Below are positions 21,533 through 31,478 of a stretch of DNA of 64,000 nucleotides, one piece after another. The notes below the pieces were generated by a model. The model was not told the origin of the DNA. It searched no databases and worked only from the letters and a program-made list of their open reading frames with translations. How positions within the stretch are numbered: position 1 is the first letter of the stretch; each line of letters begins with the position of its first letter. The stretch covers positions 2,304,001 through 2,368,000 of the forward strand of contig CAXXLZ010000002.1 in the NCBI GenBank assembly GCA_963675595.2, in the 5' to 3' direction. A program made the position numbers and the translations under genes. The DNA is from Thermodesulfobacteriota bacterium (lineage in GTDB: Bacteria; Desulfobacterota; Desulfarculia; JACQYL01).

Positions 21533-22173
21533 GACAACACCCCCAAAATGGACTCTCCCGCACGAACCCGCTCTTTGGGTCCGACCTTGGGCTCGAAAGA
21601 AACGGGCAAATAAACGTCGACTCTTGATCCGAATCGAATCAAACCGAATCGACCGCCCTTTTCCGCCCGATCACCTACTTGCGTCCAACAAACGATTCGC
21701 CGTGCGATCAGTCCCGCCACCTGCACCACGACGACTTTTTGGCCTGAGTCCGTCTCCAGGACCACCGCACACTGCTCGTTCCCCGACATGGCTTCTTCCC
21801 GGTCGGCCGGCACGAAACCGCCCGGTCGATACGCCAGATGCCGTACCGTCCCCCGGACCGGGAAACGGTTCACGTGCACATTGAATACGGACATGAACAC
21901 GCTGATGCGCACGCATTCTCCGCCGTAATAACGACTCTCCGTTCCCCGCTTGACAGACAAAACCACGCCGTCCGCCGGCGACAGAACAAATTCCTCGCCG
22001 TATGTGGCCGTTCGCTCCGGATCACGGAAAAAGTAGGCGGTGAACAAGGTGGCGACGAGTCCCAAGATTGCCGGCGGCCACCACCCCAAGACGGCAAACA
22101 CCAGCGTACAGAATCCGCCCGCCAACACGAAAGGAAATCCCTCTTTCGCCAGGGGAAAACGTTCCTCCTTCAC
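21529..22173 (-). CDS. psd: Phosphatidylserine decarboxylase
   Basis: FFRDPER, SPADG, HVNRFP, IRFGSRVD self-cleavage site. Confidence 0.95.
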   Translation of the reverse strand: MKEERFPLAKEGFPFVLAGGFCTLVFAVLGWWPPAILGLVATLFTAYFFRDPERTATYGEEFVLSPADGVVLSVKRGTESRYYGGECVRISVFMSVFNVHVNRFPVRGTVRHLAYRPGGFVPADREEAMSGNEQCAVVLETDSGQKVVVVQVAGLIARRIVCWTQVGDRAEKGGRFGLIRFGSRVDVYLPVSFEPKVGPKERVRAGESILGVLS

Positions 22174-22191
22174 GGCAGGTTACCGGGGAAA

Positions 22192-22419
22192 CTAACGGTT
22201 TTTTCGATATTCGGCAATGATCTGTTCAATACGATCCCGCCCCGAAAGCTTAAGCTTCTGAAGACGCTTCCGTTCAATTGCATCTTCGGGGGAAAGATAC
22301 GCGCGGCTGTTAAGATCTTCGATTTGTTTTTCAAATTCGTCATGTTCCGTCATGAGCTGTTTAAGCTCTTCGTTTTGCGGCATCAGACTACGGATCAGCT
22401 CAATATCCTCGTGTTCCAT
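22192..22419 (-). CDS. DUF465/YdcH-like small coiled-coil protein
   Basis: EH..FEKQI..L.....LSPE...E.KRLQKLKL.GRD.I; GGGGGAG RBS before ATG 22419. Confidence 0.75.
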   Translation of the reverse strand: MEHEDIELIRSLMPQNEELKQLMTEHDEFEKQIEDLNSRAYLSPEDAIERKRLQKLKLSGRDRIEQIIAEYRKNR

Positions 22420-22582
22420 ATACTCCCCCTGGGCGTGGCATACCAGCGCCGGTGTGAAAGCCTGGGATGTGTGAATCGAGGGGGAACCGCCCCCCGCTCC
22501 AGGGCAACTCATTAATTTTGATAAAATTCACCTTAACTTGTGTGACATTCTTTGTCAATGAACAGCCACAAAACCGAAAAGT

Positions 22583-23296
22583 TCAAAGCCCACCGCTTCC
22601 GTGCTTATCCTTGAAACGGACCTCCGCCTCGGAGCGGCGTAGATAGTTGGGAACCGCTTGGAACAACGAATCAACCTTGCCTTCCTTCAGGCGCTCCAGA
22701 CCGATACGGGCCACCTCTCCGGCTCTCACATGATGTACGTCCCCTTGCGGAATGACGGCTTTTTTCCCCAGAGTCTCTCGAATGGTCTCCGAATACTTCA
22801 GCGCCCCGTCGCCAACAAGAATCACGTCTCCCCGCTCCGCCAGTCCGGCAAGCCACGGCCCGGGCTCCACGGCTTCCTCCTCTCCCATCAGTTCCAGTCG
22901 GCCTCGGGACGACCGGCGATACTCCGCTGTAAAGAGCTGACCTTTCCGGGCATCCAAGGTGGGGAGGACGGGATGGGAGGACACGGCAACGTTTCCGGCG
23001 AGAGCTTCCAGGGAGGAAACCCCTATGAGAGGCTTTGCGAGAGCGTAGGCCAAGCCTTTGGCCGCGGACAATCCGATCCGCAGGCCGGTGAAGCTCCCCG
23101 GCCCGATGGTCACGGCGATCCCATCGACTTCTCTCAGGGGAATTCCACAGGCTTCCGTGAGGCGCCTAATCAGATCGTGAAGGCGCGAAGCATGCCCTCG
23201 GAGCACTCGAAGAGTGAGCTCCCCCAACACGCCTTCCGAGTCATACAGACAGACTCCGCCCATCATCCCCGATGTATCGAGGGCCAGTACCCGCAT
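22583..23296 (-). CDS. tsaB: tRNA threonylcarbamoyladenosine biosynthesis protein TsaB
   Basis: MRVLALDTS, GPGSFTGLRIG, DARK, PNYLR. Confidence 0.95.
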   Translation of the reverse strand: MRVLALDTSGMMGGVCLYDSEGVLGELTLRVLRGHASRLHDLIRRLTEACGIPLREVDGIAVTIGPGSFTGLRIGLSAAKGLAYALAKPLIGVSSLEALAGNVAVSSHPVLPTLDARKGQLFTAEYRRSSRGRLELMGEEEAVEPGPWLAGLAERGDVILVGDGALKYSETIRETLGKKAVIPQGDVHHVRAGEVARIGLERLKEGKVDSLFQAVPNYLRRSEAEVRFKDKHGSGGL

Positions 23297-23305
23297 TGTC
23301 GGATA

Positions 23306-24382
23306 CTAACGGAGCAGCCGGGTGATATCGTTATAGAACACAAAAACCATCAGCACGGCCAACATCACAAAGCCCACCTGTTGTGCGATCTCGCGTTTTC
23401 GGATGCTCACAGGCTTGTGCATGATCATCTCCAGAAACAGGAAGAGCAGATGCCCGCCGTCCAGAACGGGAATGGGAAGGAGATTCAGAATCCCGAGAGA
23501 AATACTGATCACTCCCATGAAATACAGCAGGTTAAGAGCACCCTCACGGGCCTGCTGACCGGCCAACTGTGCAATGAGAATCGGTCCTCCCACCGAATCG
23601 GCGGGAATCTTTCGCTGGATCAATCGCACCACACTGAGTACGGTTACTTTAGAGACCCAAAAAGTGTTGCCGAACCCGTATTTGACGGCGCCGAGAAATC
23701 CGACTTTCTCCCAGATCAGCTTTCCGGAAGGCGAAATGCCGATTACAGGAACCGGCTGCTCTTCGTCCAACGGGCTGGTCTTAAGTTCGGTCACCCTGGG
23801 TTGAATTTCATACTTGAGTTCCCGACCATCGCGAAGCACGGTGATCCCAATGGGCTTACCGCCGCTCTCCCGGATCAGAACGGCCATGTCCTCCCACTTC
23901 TCCACCGGGACTCCGCTCACGGACGTGACCGTGTCTCCAGCCTGAAGCCCCGCTTGGGCCGCAGGATAGTCCGGCTGGACCGTCCCGATTTCCGTGGTCA
24001 CGGTTCCGAGGCCCGCAACCCAGGCCAGAAGAAAGAAAATGAAAACCGCCAAGATGAAATTGAACAACGGCCCGGAAAAAACAATGAGAAATCGTTGAAG
24101 CGCATTCTTGTGAGAAAAGGACCTCTCCAGCTTGTCTTCGCTGACCATGTCGGCCGGATTCTCGCCTACCAGCTTGACGAATCCCCCCAATGGGACCAAG
24201 GAAACCCGATAGTCGGTTTCGCCGATCTTCTTGCCGAACAGACGGCGTCCAAAGCCCAAAGAGAACACCTCCACCTCCACGCCGAACAGCTTCGCCATGA
24301 TGAAGTGCCCAAACTCGTGGAAGAAAATCAGCACCCCGAGGACGATGGCGGTGGAATAAATCGTATGAGCAAAATTTTCCAT
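23306..24382 (-). CDS. rseP: RIP metalloprotease RseP
   Basis: HEFGH, PDZ domain, NLLPIPVLDGG. Confidence 0.96.
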   Translation of the reverse strand: MENFAHTIYSTAIVLGVLIFFHEFGHFIMAKLFGVEVEVFSLGFGRRLFGKKIGETDYRVSLVPLGGFVKLVGENPADMVSEDKLERSFSHKNALQRFLIVFSGPLFNFILAVFIFFLLAWVAGLGTVTTEIGTVQPDYPAAQAGLQAGDTVTSVSGVPVEKWEDMAVLIRESGGKPIGITVLRDGRELKYEIQPRVTELKTSPLDEEQPVPVIGISPSGKLIWEKVGFLGAVKYGFGNTFWVSKVTVLSVVRLIQRKIPADSVGGPILIAQLAGQQAREGALNLLYFMGVISISLGILNLLPIPVLDGGHLLFLFLEMIMHKPVSIRKREIAQQVGFVMLAVLMVFVFYNDITRLLR

Positions 24383-24388
24383 AAGGTC

Positions 24389-25573
24389 TCAAAACTCCTT
24401 GACGTTCGCGAGACCGAAAGCCGTATCACGGGCCCAGCGATCAGCCTCCAGAATGTCCTCGAGGTTTGTTTCTTCTGTGGAATCGTGCCTTTCCATGGTT
24501 TCCTGAATAATCACGGGAATGTCCAGATATCCGATCTTTGATTGGAGAAAAAGGGATACGGCCGTCTCATTGGCCGCGTTCAGCACCGCCGGCAAGGTGC
24601 CGCCGGCCCGCCCCGCCTCTACAGCCAGCCGGAGACAGGGAAATCTTTCCAAGTCCGGCTTCTCAAAGGTCAACGTTCCGACGTCGAACAAATTCAATTT
24701 GGGCAGATCGAGGGGAAGACGTTCAGGATAAGCAACGGCAAAGGCAATGGGAATTCGCATGTCCGGCAGGCTCAGATGAGCTACGACGGAACCGTCGCAG
24801 TACTCCACCATGGAGTGGACAATGCTTTGGGGATGAATGTGCACGTCTATGGCATCCATCGGAAGATCGAAGAACCATTTCGCTTCAATGGCCTCCAGAC
24901 CTTTGTTCATCAATGTGGAAGAATCGATGGTCACTTTGGGGCCCATGTTCCAGGTTGGATGAGCCAGCGCTTGCTCGGGTCCGAGCCGTCTCATATCTTC
25001 CGCAGGTGTATTGCGAAACGGTCCCCCCGAAGCGGTCAACAAAATTCGGCACACTTCCGATCGAGCGTGCCCCATCATACACTGAAAAATGGCGTTGTGC
25101 TCGCTGTCCACGGGAAGAATTACCACGCCCCGTTTTCGGGCTTCCGTCATCACCAAAGCGCCCGCCATGACCAGAGTCTCCTTGTTGGCCAGCGCGATGT
25201 TTCTTCCAGCCCGAATCGCCTGGAGCGTAGGCATGAGTCCCGCGGCCCCCACTACGGCGGAGACCACTAGGTCCGATTCAAGAACGGCCGTCTCGATCAA
25301 ACCGTCGCGCCCGCTCAGCACTCGAACGTCCGACGGCAACCGGTCTCTCAGAAGAGCGGCCTCCCGTTCCCCAAGGATGGAAACGGCCTCCGGGCGAAAC
25401 CTCAATGCCTGCTGAAGCAACAGCTCCCAGTTGTTCCCGGCGGCCAAACCCACCACCCGGAACTTCTCCGGGAAACGGGATACGATGTCCAAGGTGTTGG
25501 TTCCAATGGAACCCGTAGACCCCAAAACAACGAGTCGTTTGGCTTCTTGTTTCTCATCCCTGCGAGTAGTCAT
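24389..25573 (-). CDS. dxr: 1-deoxy-D-xylulose-5-phosphate reductoisomerase
   Basis: LGSTGSIG, LANKE, PVDSEH, NKGLE. Confidence 0.97.
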   Translation of the reverse strand: MTTRRDEKQEAKRLVVLGSTGSIGTNTLDIVSRFPEKFRVVGLAAGNNWELLLQQALRFRPEAVSILGEREAALLRDRLPSDVRVLSGRDGLIETAVLESDLVVSAVVGAAGLMPTLQAIRAGRNIALANKETLVMAGALVMTEARKRGVVILPVDSEHNAIFQCMMGHARSEVCRILLTASGGPFRNTPAEDMRRLGPEQALAHPTWNMGPKVTIDSSTLMNKGLEAIEAKWFFDLPMDAIDVHIHPQSIVHSMVEYCDGSVVAHLSLPDMRIPIAFAVAYPERLPLDLPKLNLFDVGTLTFEKPDLERFPCLRLAVEAGRAGGTLPAVLNAANETAVSLFLQSKIGYLDIPVIIQETMERHDSTEETNLEDILEADRWARDTAFGLANVKEF

Positions 25574-26382
25574 AGTCCGCCGGATCGAAAGCAGGTTAGG
25601 TAGAGGTACAGCGGAATTGCCGCGAACAAAGCCCCGTCGATGCGATCGAGCATGCCTCCATGACCCGGCAGAATTCTCCCCGAATCTTTTACTCCTCCGG
25701 CACGCTTGATCAGGGATTCGAACAGGTCTCCGACCTGGCCGAAAACCGCCAAAACCGCGAATAGTCCTATAGACTCCGCCAACGGGGCATTCGGAAAGAA
25801 CAAAGTCCGAAAAAGAAGGCCGAATCCCACGGAAAACAACAGACCGCCAAGCCCGCCCTCAACGGTCTTCTTGGGACTCACCGACGGATAAAGCCGATGT
25901 TTCCCGAAAGTCTTGCCCGTGTAAAGCGCACCGGTATCCCCGGCGAACACCACGAGCATACCGAGAGTGAGCCACCACTCCCCCTGGGGAAATAGTCTGA
26001 TCAGAACAAACACGCCGCCCAGGAGAGGAACGTATGATAACGCGAGAACCTGTTTGCCCGCCTGCACGTGCGCGCTTTCAATTCGTTGAAAGGCGAACAG
26101 ATGAAAAAGCATGCATCCCATCAGGCCCACCGCCACGGATCGAAAGAACCACTCGGACGAGCCCGTTAAAGAGACGATAAGCACAAAACAGGAAAGTGCC
26201 ATCCCCATCAGCACGTAACGTCGCTCCGGTCGCGAAGGAAAAAGAATACCAAGGAGCTCGAATTCGGCAATGGATGCTACGATGAAGATAAGCAGACAAA
26301 AATAGAAGGCCGGTAAGAGGAAGTTGATCATCAATACCAAGGCGGCCAATGTTAAGCCGGTAATCCAGCGCGCCCACCACAT
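25570..26382 (-). CDS. cdsA: Phosphatidate cytidylyltransferase
   Basis: SPKKTVEG, GDLFESLIKR...KDSGRILPGHGGMLDRID. Confidence 0.95.
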   Translation of the reverse strand: MWWARWITGLTLAALVLMINFLLPAFYFCLLIFIVASIAEFELLGILFPSRPERRYVLMGMALSCFVLIVSLTGSSEWFFRSVAVGLMGCMLFHLFAFQRIESAHVQAGKQVLALSYVPLLGGVFVLIRLFPQGEWWLTLGMLVVFAGDTGALYTGKTFGKHRLYPSVSPKKTVEGGLGGLLFSVGFGLLFRTLFFPNAPLAESIGLFAVLAVFGQVGDLFESLIKRAGGVKDSGRILPGHGGMLDRIDGALFAAIPLYLYLTCFRSGGL

Positions 26383-26386
26383 GAAA

Positions 26387-27169
26387 TCAACCGGCCCCGC
26401 CTTCGGAGTGGACTTGATCGCCCGTCCGCCCGAACCTTCGTTGCCTTCTCCGGTACTCTTTCAGGGCATCGACGAAGTTTTCCTTGCGAAAATCGGGCCA
26501 CAGTACGGGACTCATCACAAGTTCCGTGTAGGAAATCTGCCACAGCAGAAAATTGCTGATGCGTTGTTCGCCGCTCGTGCGAATCAGCAGATCGGGATCG
26601 GGAAGACCCGCGGTGTAGAGGTGGTTCGCGAAAACCTCCTCGTTGATATCGCCGGGAGCCATTGAGCCGTCGGCACACTTCTGAGCCAAAATCCTGGCCG
26701 CGTTCACTATTTCCGAACGGCTGCTATAGCTTAGGGCCAGGTTCAAAACCATATCCTCGTTGTCGCTCGTCAGGGCGGCCACATCCCGAATCTTTTTCTG
26801 AATGGCCGACGGCAGTTTATCCCATCGACCGATAACTCGAAACTTGATGCCCCGCTCTTTGAGCTCGTCTTTCTCCCTGTCGAGGTAGCGGCCCAGCAGC
26901 CCCATCAAAGCGCTGACCTCCGCCCGAGGTCTGCTCCAGTTCTCCTCTGAAAATGCGTACAGCGTCAAGACCCCGATGCCCAGTTCCCGGCCGGCCCGCG
27001 CCACCTCACGCACGGAGTCCGCGCCTTGGTGGTGGCCCCAAATGCGCTTCCTGCCCCTCATCTGCGCCCACCGGCCGTTGCCGTCCATAATGATGGCCAC
27101 ATGTCGTGGGAGTTCCGATGGTTTCAGGTCGTGCTCCAACTCGAGTGTGCCCGCGCTCGGAGTGTTCAT
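26387..27169 (-). CDS. uppS: Undecaprenyl diphosphate synthase (start uncertain)
   Basis: HVAIIMDGNGRWA, YAFSEENWSRP, DLLIRTSGEQRISNFLLWQ. Confidence 0.95.
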   Translation of the reverse strand: MNTPSAGTLELEHDLKPSELPRHVAIIMDGNGRWAQMRGRKRIWGHHQGADSVREVARAGRELGIGVLTLYAFSEENWSRPRAEVSALMGLLGRYLDREKDELKERGIKFRVIGRWDKLPSAIQKKIRDVAALTSDNEDMVLNLALSYSSRSEIVNAARILAQKCADGSMAPGDINEEVFANHLYTAGLPDPDLLIRTSGEQRISNFLLWQISYTELVMSPVLWPDFRKENFVDALKEYRRRQRRFGRTGDQVHSEGGAG

Positions 27170-27477
27170 GGAGATAAACAATGAGGTATGAGATTTGGTT
27201 GGAGGCCCTTTAGACAAAGGGCTGTTCAGATCGGCGAAGCACCCGGTGTGCCCGTCCGGGTCGGATGCGCTGCATCCTTTACCGGTCGGCAATGCGGAAC
27301 GCTCCGGCCAAGATTGCTTAACCAAGATACGAGCACCCCGCACGCCGCGGTCTCCCAGCCGACCTATCGGCAGTCCTGCTTTTCATGGCGTCGGCACGGC
27401 CCCGACGTTTCGGACCGTCGGCAGCGGCGGCCTCACGGGCCGCGGCGGTGCCCCCCCGACGCCGGCAAAGCGATATC

Positions 27478-28035
27478 CTAAACCTCCATCACTTCCCGCT
27501 CTTTCTCAGCGGTGGCCTCGTCAACCCTTTTAACCCCCTCGTCGGTCAGCTTCTGGACCTCTTCCTGGCGTCTGAAAGCCTCGTCTTCGGAGATATCCCC
27601 TTCTTTCTTCAAATCCTTGATCATTTCGTTGGCTTCACGCCTGGCGTTCCGAACGGCGATCTTGGCCTCTTCACTCATCTTGCGAACGAGCTTGACCAAC
27701 TCCTTGCGGCGTTCCTCAGTCAGCATGGGGATGCTGATGCGAATCACCTTGCCGTCGTTCATGGGGGTCAACCCGAGTTCCGATTTCAATATGCCGCGCT
27801 CGATCTGACTCATGATGGTCGTGTCCCACGGTTGTACCATCAGCAGCCGGCTTTCCGGAGCGGTCAGCGTAGCCACCTGATTGATGGGCATCGTGGTCCC
27901 GTAACATTCGACCTTGACCCCTTCGAGCAAAGCCGGCGTCGCCCTTCCCGTCCTCACACGGTTGAAATCTTTCTTCAACGCCTGTAAGGCCTTGTCCATG
28001 CGCTCTTTGGCTTCTTCGATGATCTCCTCGACCAT
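27478..28035 (-). CDS. frr: Ribosome recycling factor
   Basis: RTGRATP, LTEERRKELVK, AVRNARR. Confidence 0.97.
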   Translation of the reverse strand: MVEEIIEEAKERMDKALQALKKDFNRVRTGRATPALLEGVKVECYGTTMPINQVATLTAPESRLLMVQPWDTTIMSQIERGILKSELGLTPMNDGKVIRISIPMLTEERRKELVKLVRKMSEEAKIAVRNARREANEMIKDLKKEGDISEDEAFRRQEEVQKLTDEGVKRVDEATAEKEREVMEV

Positions 28036-28052
28036 GGGACTCCCCGCAGAAC

Positions 28053-28655
28053 CTATTCCGTTTCCTCACCCAGTTGATATCGCATGAATCGGCGAATGTT
28101 GATGTTCTCACCGATCGAAGCAATGGTTTCATTCAGAAGATCTTTGACCTTCTTATCCGGGTCCTTCACAAAGGCCTGCTCCAAAAGACATACCTCGGTT
28201 TTGTACTTCTGGAGCTTGCCGTCGACGATCTTGTCAACCACCTTCTCGGGTTTTCCGGATTCCAAAGCCTGCTGCCGGTAGATCTCCCGTTCCTTGTTCA
28301 GAAGGTCCTCGGGCAATTCCTCGGGCGACACACAAACCGGGTTGGAAGCCGCTACCTGCATTGCGATGTCTTTGACGAATTCAACAAAACTTTCGTTCTT
28401 GGCCACAAAGTCCGTTTCACAGTTGACTTCGACCAGCACGCCCAGCTTTCCGCCGGCGTGGATATAGGAATGGACCAAGCCCTGAGAAGTGGCTCGCCCC
28501 GCCCTTTTTTGGGCGGTAGCCAGACCCTTCAAACGAAGATACTCCACCGCCTTTTCGAAATCGCCATCGCTTTCCGCGAGGGCTTTCTTACAGTCCATCA
28601 TGCCCGCGTTGGTCTTTTCGCGCAGTTCCTTGACCATTTCTGCCGTTACTTTCAA
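28053..28655 (-). CDS. tsf: Elongation factor Ts (short form)
   Basis: [29 protein letters not shown]. Confidence 0.97.
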   Translation of the reverse strand: MKVTAEMVKELREKTNAGMMDCKKALAESDGDFEKAVEYLRLKGLATAQKRAGRATSQGLVHSYIHAGGKLGVLVEVNCETDFVAKNESFVEFVKDIAMQVAASNPVCVSPEELPEDLLNKEREIYRQQALESGKPEKVVDKIVDGKLQKYKTEVCLLEQAFVKDPDKKVKDLLNETIASIGENINIRRFMRYQLGEETE

Positions 28656-28770
28656 AACGGAAACCCTCCTTGCCTAACGCCGCCGGAGTATTCAAGCCGC
28701 GATCACATATTCAATCGAACAAACCAATTCCATGAGAGAGTAGGATTCCGGCACCCTGTGGACGAAAAGA

Positions 28771-29646
28771 CTATTCCGCAGGTGTCGCCGTTGTCGCCTC
28801 CGGGGTCTCTCCCGTGCCCTGAGAGGCTTTTTCACGATTGATGATCAGCACTTCGGGACCCGGGGAGTCCTTCCCGGAAGCCATTGGCGCGACGCTTCCG
28901 GCAACGTCGGGAGACGGACCCTCCATCTCCCCTTTGTCGACCAGGGCCTGCTTGGCGGCGTCCTTGCGGTCGATGCCGTCCAGACACGCGTCGGCAATCT
29001 TGGAAGTGATCAGACGGATCGCACGAATGGCGTCATCATTTCCCGGAATCACGTAATCGATGTTTTCCGGATCGCAATTGGAATCCACAATGGCGACCAC
29101 GGGGATGTTCAGTTTATTGGCTTCTTTGACGGCAATGGCCTCTTTCTTGGGATCCACCACGAATAAGGCCCCGGGAAGTCTGCCCATATCCTTGATCCCG
29201 CCCAAGGTACGGTTCAGTTTAACGACTTCCTTTTCCATGTTGAGGATTTCTTTCTTGGGGAACTTGTTGATGGATCCGTCCTGCTTCATCGCCTCAAGTT
29301 TCTTGAGACGATAGATGCTCTTGGAGATGGTTTCGTAATTGGTCAGGGTTCCGCCCAGCCACCGATGGGCCATATAATACATCCCGCATCGCTGTGACTC
29401 TTCGGTGATGGAGTCGTGAGCCTGTTTCTTGGTACCGACAAAGAGCACGGTTTCATTGCTCTGGACCGTTTCGACGATGAAATCGTACGCGGCCTTGAAC
29501 ATGCCGACGGTCTTCTGAAGGTCGATGATATAGATACCGTTCCTCGCCCCAAAGATATAAGGTTTCATCTTCGGGTTCCAGCGACGGGTTTGATGGCCGA
29601 AATGTACTCCGGCTTCCAACAACTGCTTCATCGTAAGATACGACAT
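28771..29646 (-). CDS. rpsB: 30S ribosomal protein S2
   Basis: [36 protein letters not shown]. Confidence 0.98.
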   Translation of the reverse strand: MSYLTMKQLLEAGVHFGHQTRRWNPKMKPYIFGARNGIYIIDLQKTVGMFKAAYDFIVETVQSNETVLFVGTKKQAHDSITEESQRCGMYYMAHRWLGGTLTNYETISKSIYRLKKLEAMKQDGSINKFPKKEILNMEKEVVKLNRTLGGIKDMGRLPGALFVVDPKKEAIAVKEANKLNIPVVAIVDSNCDPENIDYVIPGNDDAIRAIRLITSKIADACLDGIDRKDAAKQALVDKGEMEGPSPDVAGSVAPMASGKDSPGPEVLIINREKASQGTGETPEATTATPAE

Positions 29647-29659
29647 GACTCCTCCATTC

Positions 29660-29762
29660 TTGGTTTGACCTCCGCCCCAACCAAAAGCCCCGTCATCCGG
29701 AGGCGCGTACGCCGTTTGGGTACGAGCCCACAGACACCAAAGGGACTACGAGGCGTGTGTTC
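29660..29762 (-). ncRNA. rpsB leader (t44-like S2 autoregulatory element)
   Basis: Minus strand ACACACGCC...GGTGT...GGGGCGGAGGTCAAACC immediately upstream of the rpsB RBS, resembling the t44 layout. Confidence 0.6.
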
Positions 29763-29871
29763 TCCGAGGACCGACCCTGCAAGGCGGTCCGTCACCTTCT
29801 CCAAAACAACGAGATACCGCAGGTGCGGAATTTCCACCGCGGTATCCGGTCGAACAAAGCTGCAATAGATC

Positions 29872-29900
29872 TCTATAACACAATTTTCATAAGCACACAA
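29872..29900 (-). promoter_or_regulatory. Putative rpsB promoter
   Basis: TTGTGT-N17-TATAGA with extended TGn -10. Confidence 0.35.
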
Positions 29901-29966
29901 GGAAGAAATTCCACTCCCGGCCACCTCGGACACGGTTCGGATTCGGGCCGCGAATCTCGTTTCCTC

Positions 29967-31451
29967 CTACTTCAGCACCTTCTCATAAATCTCCAGGTAA
30001 CGCCTTCCCGTGTGCTCGCAGGAGAAATCACAACTCATGGCGTTTTGGATCAACTTTCCTCGATGATCCGCATCCCCCATTAATTCGGTTGCTTCTCGAA
30101 GTTTGGCTGTGAATTCGTCCGCCGAAAACCCATCAAACGCGAATCCCCAACCTTCCCCCGTGTCCGGATCGTACGGGCGCACAACGTCGGCCAATCCTCC
30201 CGTTCGCCGAACCACGGGAATGGTCCCGTACTTAATGGCATACATCTGCGCCAAGCCGCTCGGCTCATACTTGCACGGAAGGAGAAGCAGATCCGATCCG
30301 GCCGTTACTTTCCGCACCAGACGATCGTCGGAAACGAATCTCACCCGAATCCTCCCCGGGAAATGTTGCTCCCAGGACTTCAGCTCCTTCCGATAGGATT
30401 CTTCTCCGTCGCCCGCCACCACCAGAGTCACATTCAGGTTCATGAGATTCCGCATGGCCTGGACGATCAGCCCGGTCCCTTTGTGCTCCACCAGACGCGA
30501 AACCCACCCCAGAACCAGTCCGTCCCGATATTTGGAATCCAACTCCAGTTCCTGAAAGAGCCGATCCCTGCAAACCTTTTTGCCGGACAGGTCCTTCGGA
30601 CCGTAATTCGCCGCAATTTCCGTGTCGGTCTCAGGATTCCACACGTCATAGTCCACACCCGGCAGAACCCCCTGAAAATCTTCCCCCCTACGGTTGACGA
30701 CCCCTTCCATGCCCAACCCGTACTGGGGGGTACGCACTTCCCGGGCATACGTAGGGCTGACCGTGGTCACCGCGTCGGAAAAGACAATACCGGCTTTCAG
30801 CAGGCTGATTTGTCCCCAGAACTCGATTCCTTCGAGATTATAAAGAGAGAAAGGGAGGCCCGTGACCGCGAGCTTCTCCGGCGGAAAGTTTCCCTGGTAG
30901 GCCGCGTTGTGAAAGGAGAACACCGTGGAGGTCTTATAAAAGAACGGATCGTTTCCGTACAGGCTACGCAGGAAGACGCTTACCGCTCCGGTTTCCCAGT
31001 CGTGGAGATGGACGATGCCCGGTCGAAAGCCGATGCGTTTCGCCAGCAGAATCCCGGCCCTGCTGAAAAAAATAAAGCGCTCCAGGTTATCGAAATAATC
31101 CCCGATCTGCCGAGAGCCGTAGAAATTCGGCCGATCGAACAAATCCTCCCGATCGAAGAAGTATACCGATCCCCCGTCCGATTCCGTCGTCCGCCAGACG
31201 TCCGTGACCAGAACCTGGTCTCCGAGGGGCACTTCCATCTTCTCGATCACCGGTTCGAATTCGCAGCCGGACTCCTTCGCGCTTCGGTAAAAAGGCAAAG
31301 CCACCCTGACATCGGCCCCCAACTTTCTTAGAGACTTGGCCAGGGACGCCGAAGCGTCGCCCAGCCCGCCCAATTTGGCATAGGGGCTGACTTCGGAGGC
31401 CAAAATGAGGACTTTCAGCTGTTTGTTCCGGTCCACAGGTTCCATTTCCAT
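29967..31451 (-). CDS. glgA: Glycogen synthase
   Basis: SEVSPYAKLGGLGD, HLHDW, SRLVEHKG, EPSGLAQMYA, TGGLAD. Confidence 0.92.
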   Translation of the reverse strand: MEMEPVDRNKQLKVLILASEVSPYAKLGGLGDASASLAKSLRKLGADVRVALPFYRSAKESGCEFEPVIEKMEVPLGDQVLVTDVWRTTESDGGSVYFFDREDLFDRPNFYGSRQIGDYFDNLERFIFFSRAGILLAKRIGFRPGIVHLHDWETGAVSVFLRSLYGNDPFFYKTSTVFSFHNAAYQGNFPPEKLAVTGLPFSLYNLEGIEFWGQISLLKAGIVFSDAVTTVSPTYAREVRTPQYGLGMEGVVNRRGEDFQGVLPGVDYDVWNPETDTEIAANYGPKDLSGKKVCRDRLFQELELDSKYRDGLVLGWVSRLVEHKGTGLIVQAMRNLMNLNVTLVVAGDGEESYRKELKSWEQHFPGRIRVRFVSDDRLVRKVTAGSDLLLLPCKYEPSGLAQMYAIKYGTIPVVRRTGGLADVVRPYDPDTGEGWGFAFDGFSADEFTAKLREATELMGDADHRGKLIQNAMSCDFSCEHTGRRYLEIYEKVLK

Positions 31452-31478
31452 TGTCGTATCCCTAGCCCAGCATGAACC

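Noticed and set aside
22658-24541. 627-aa plus-strand ORF
   Set aside because: Antisense shadow of tsaB/rseP/dxr with no recognisable motifs; such ORFs are common in high-GC DNA.
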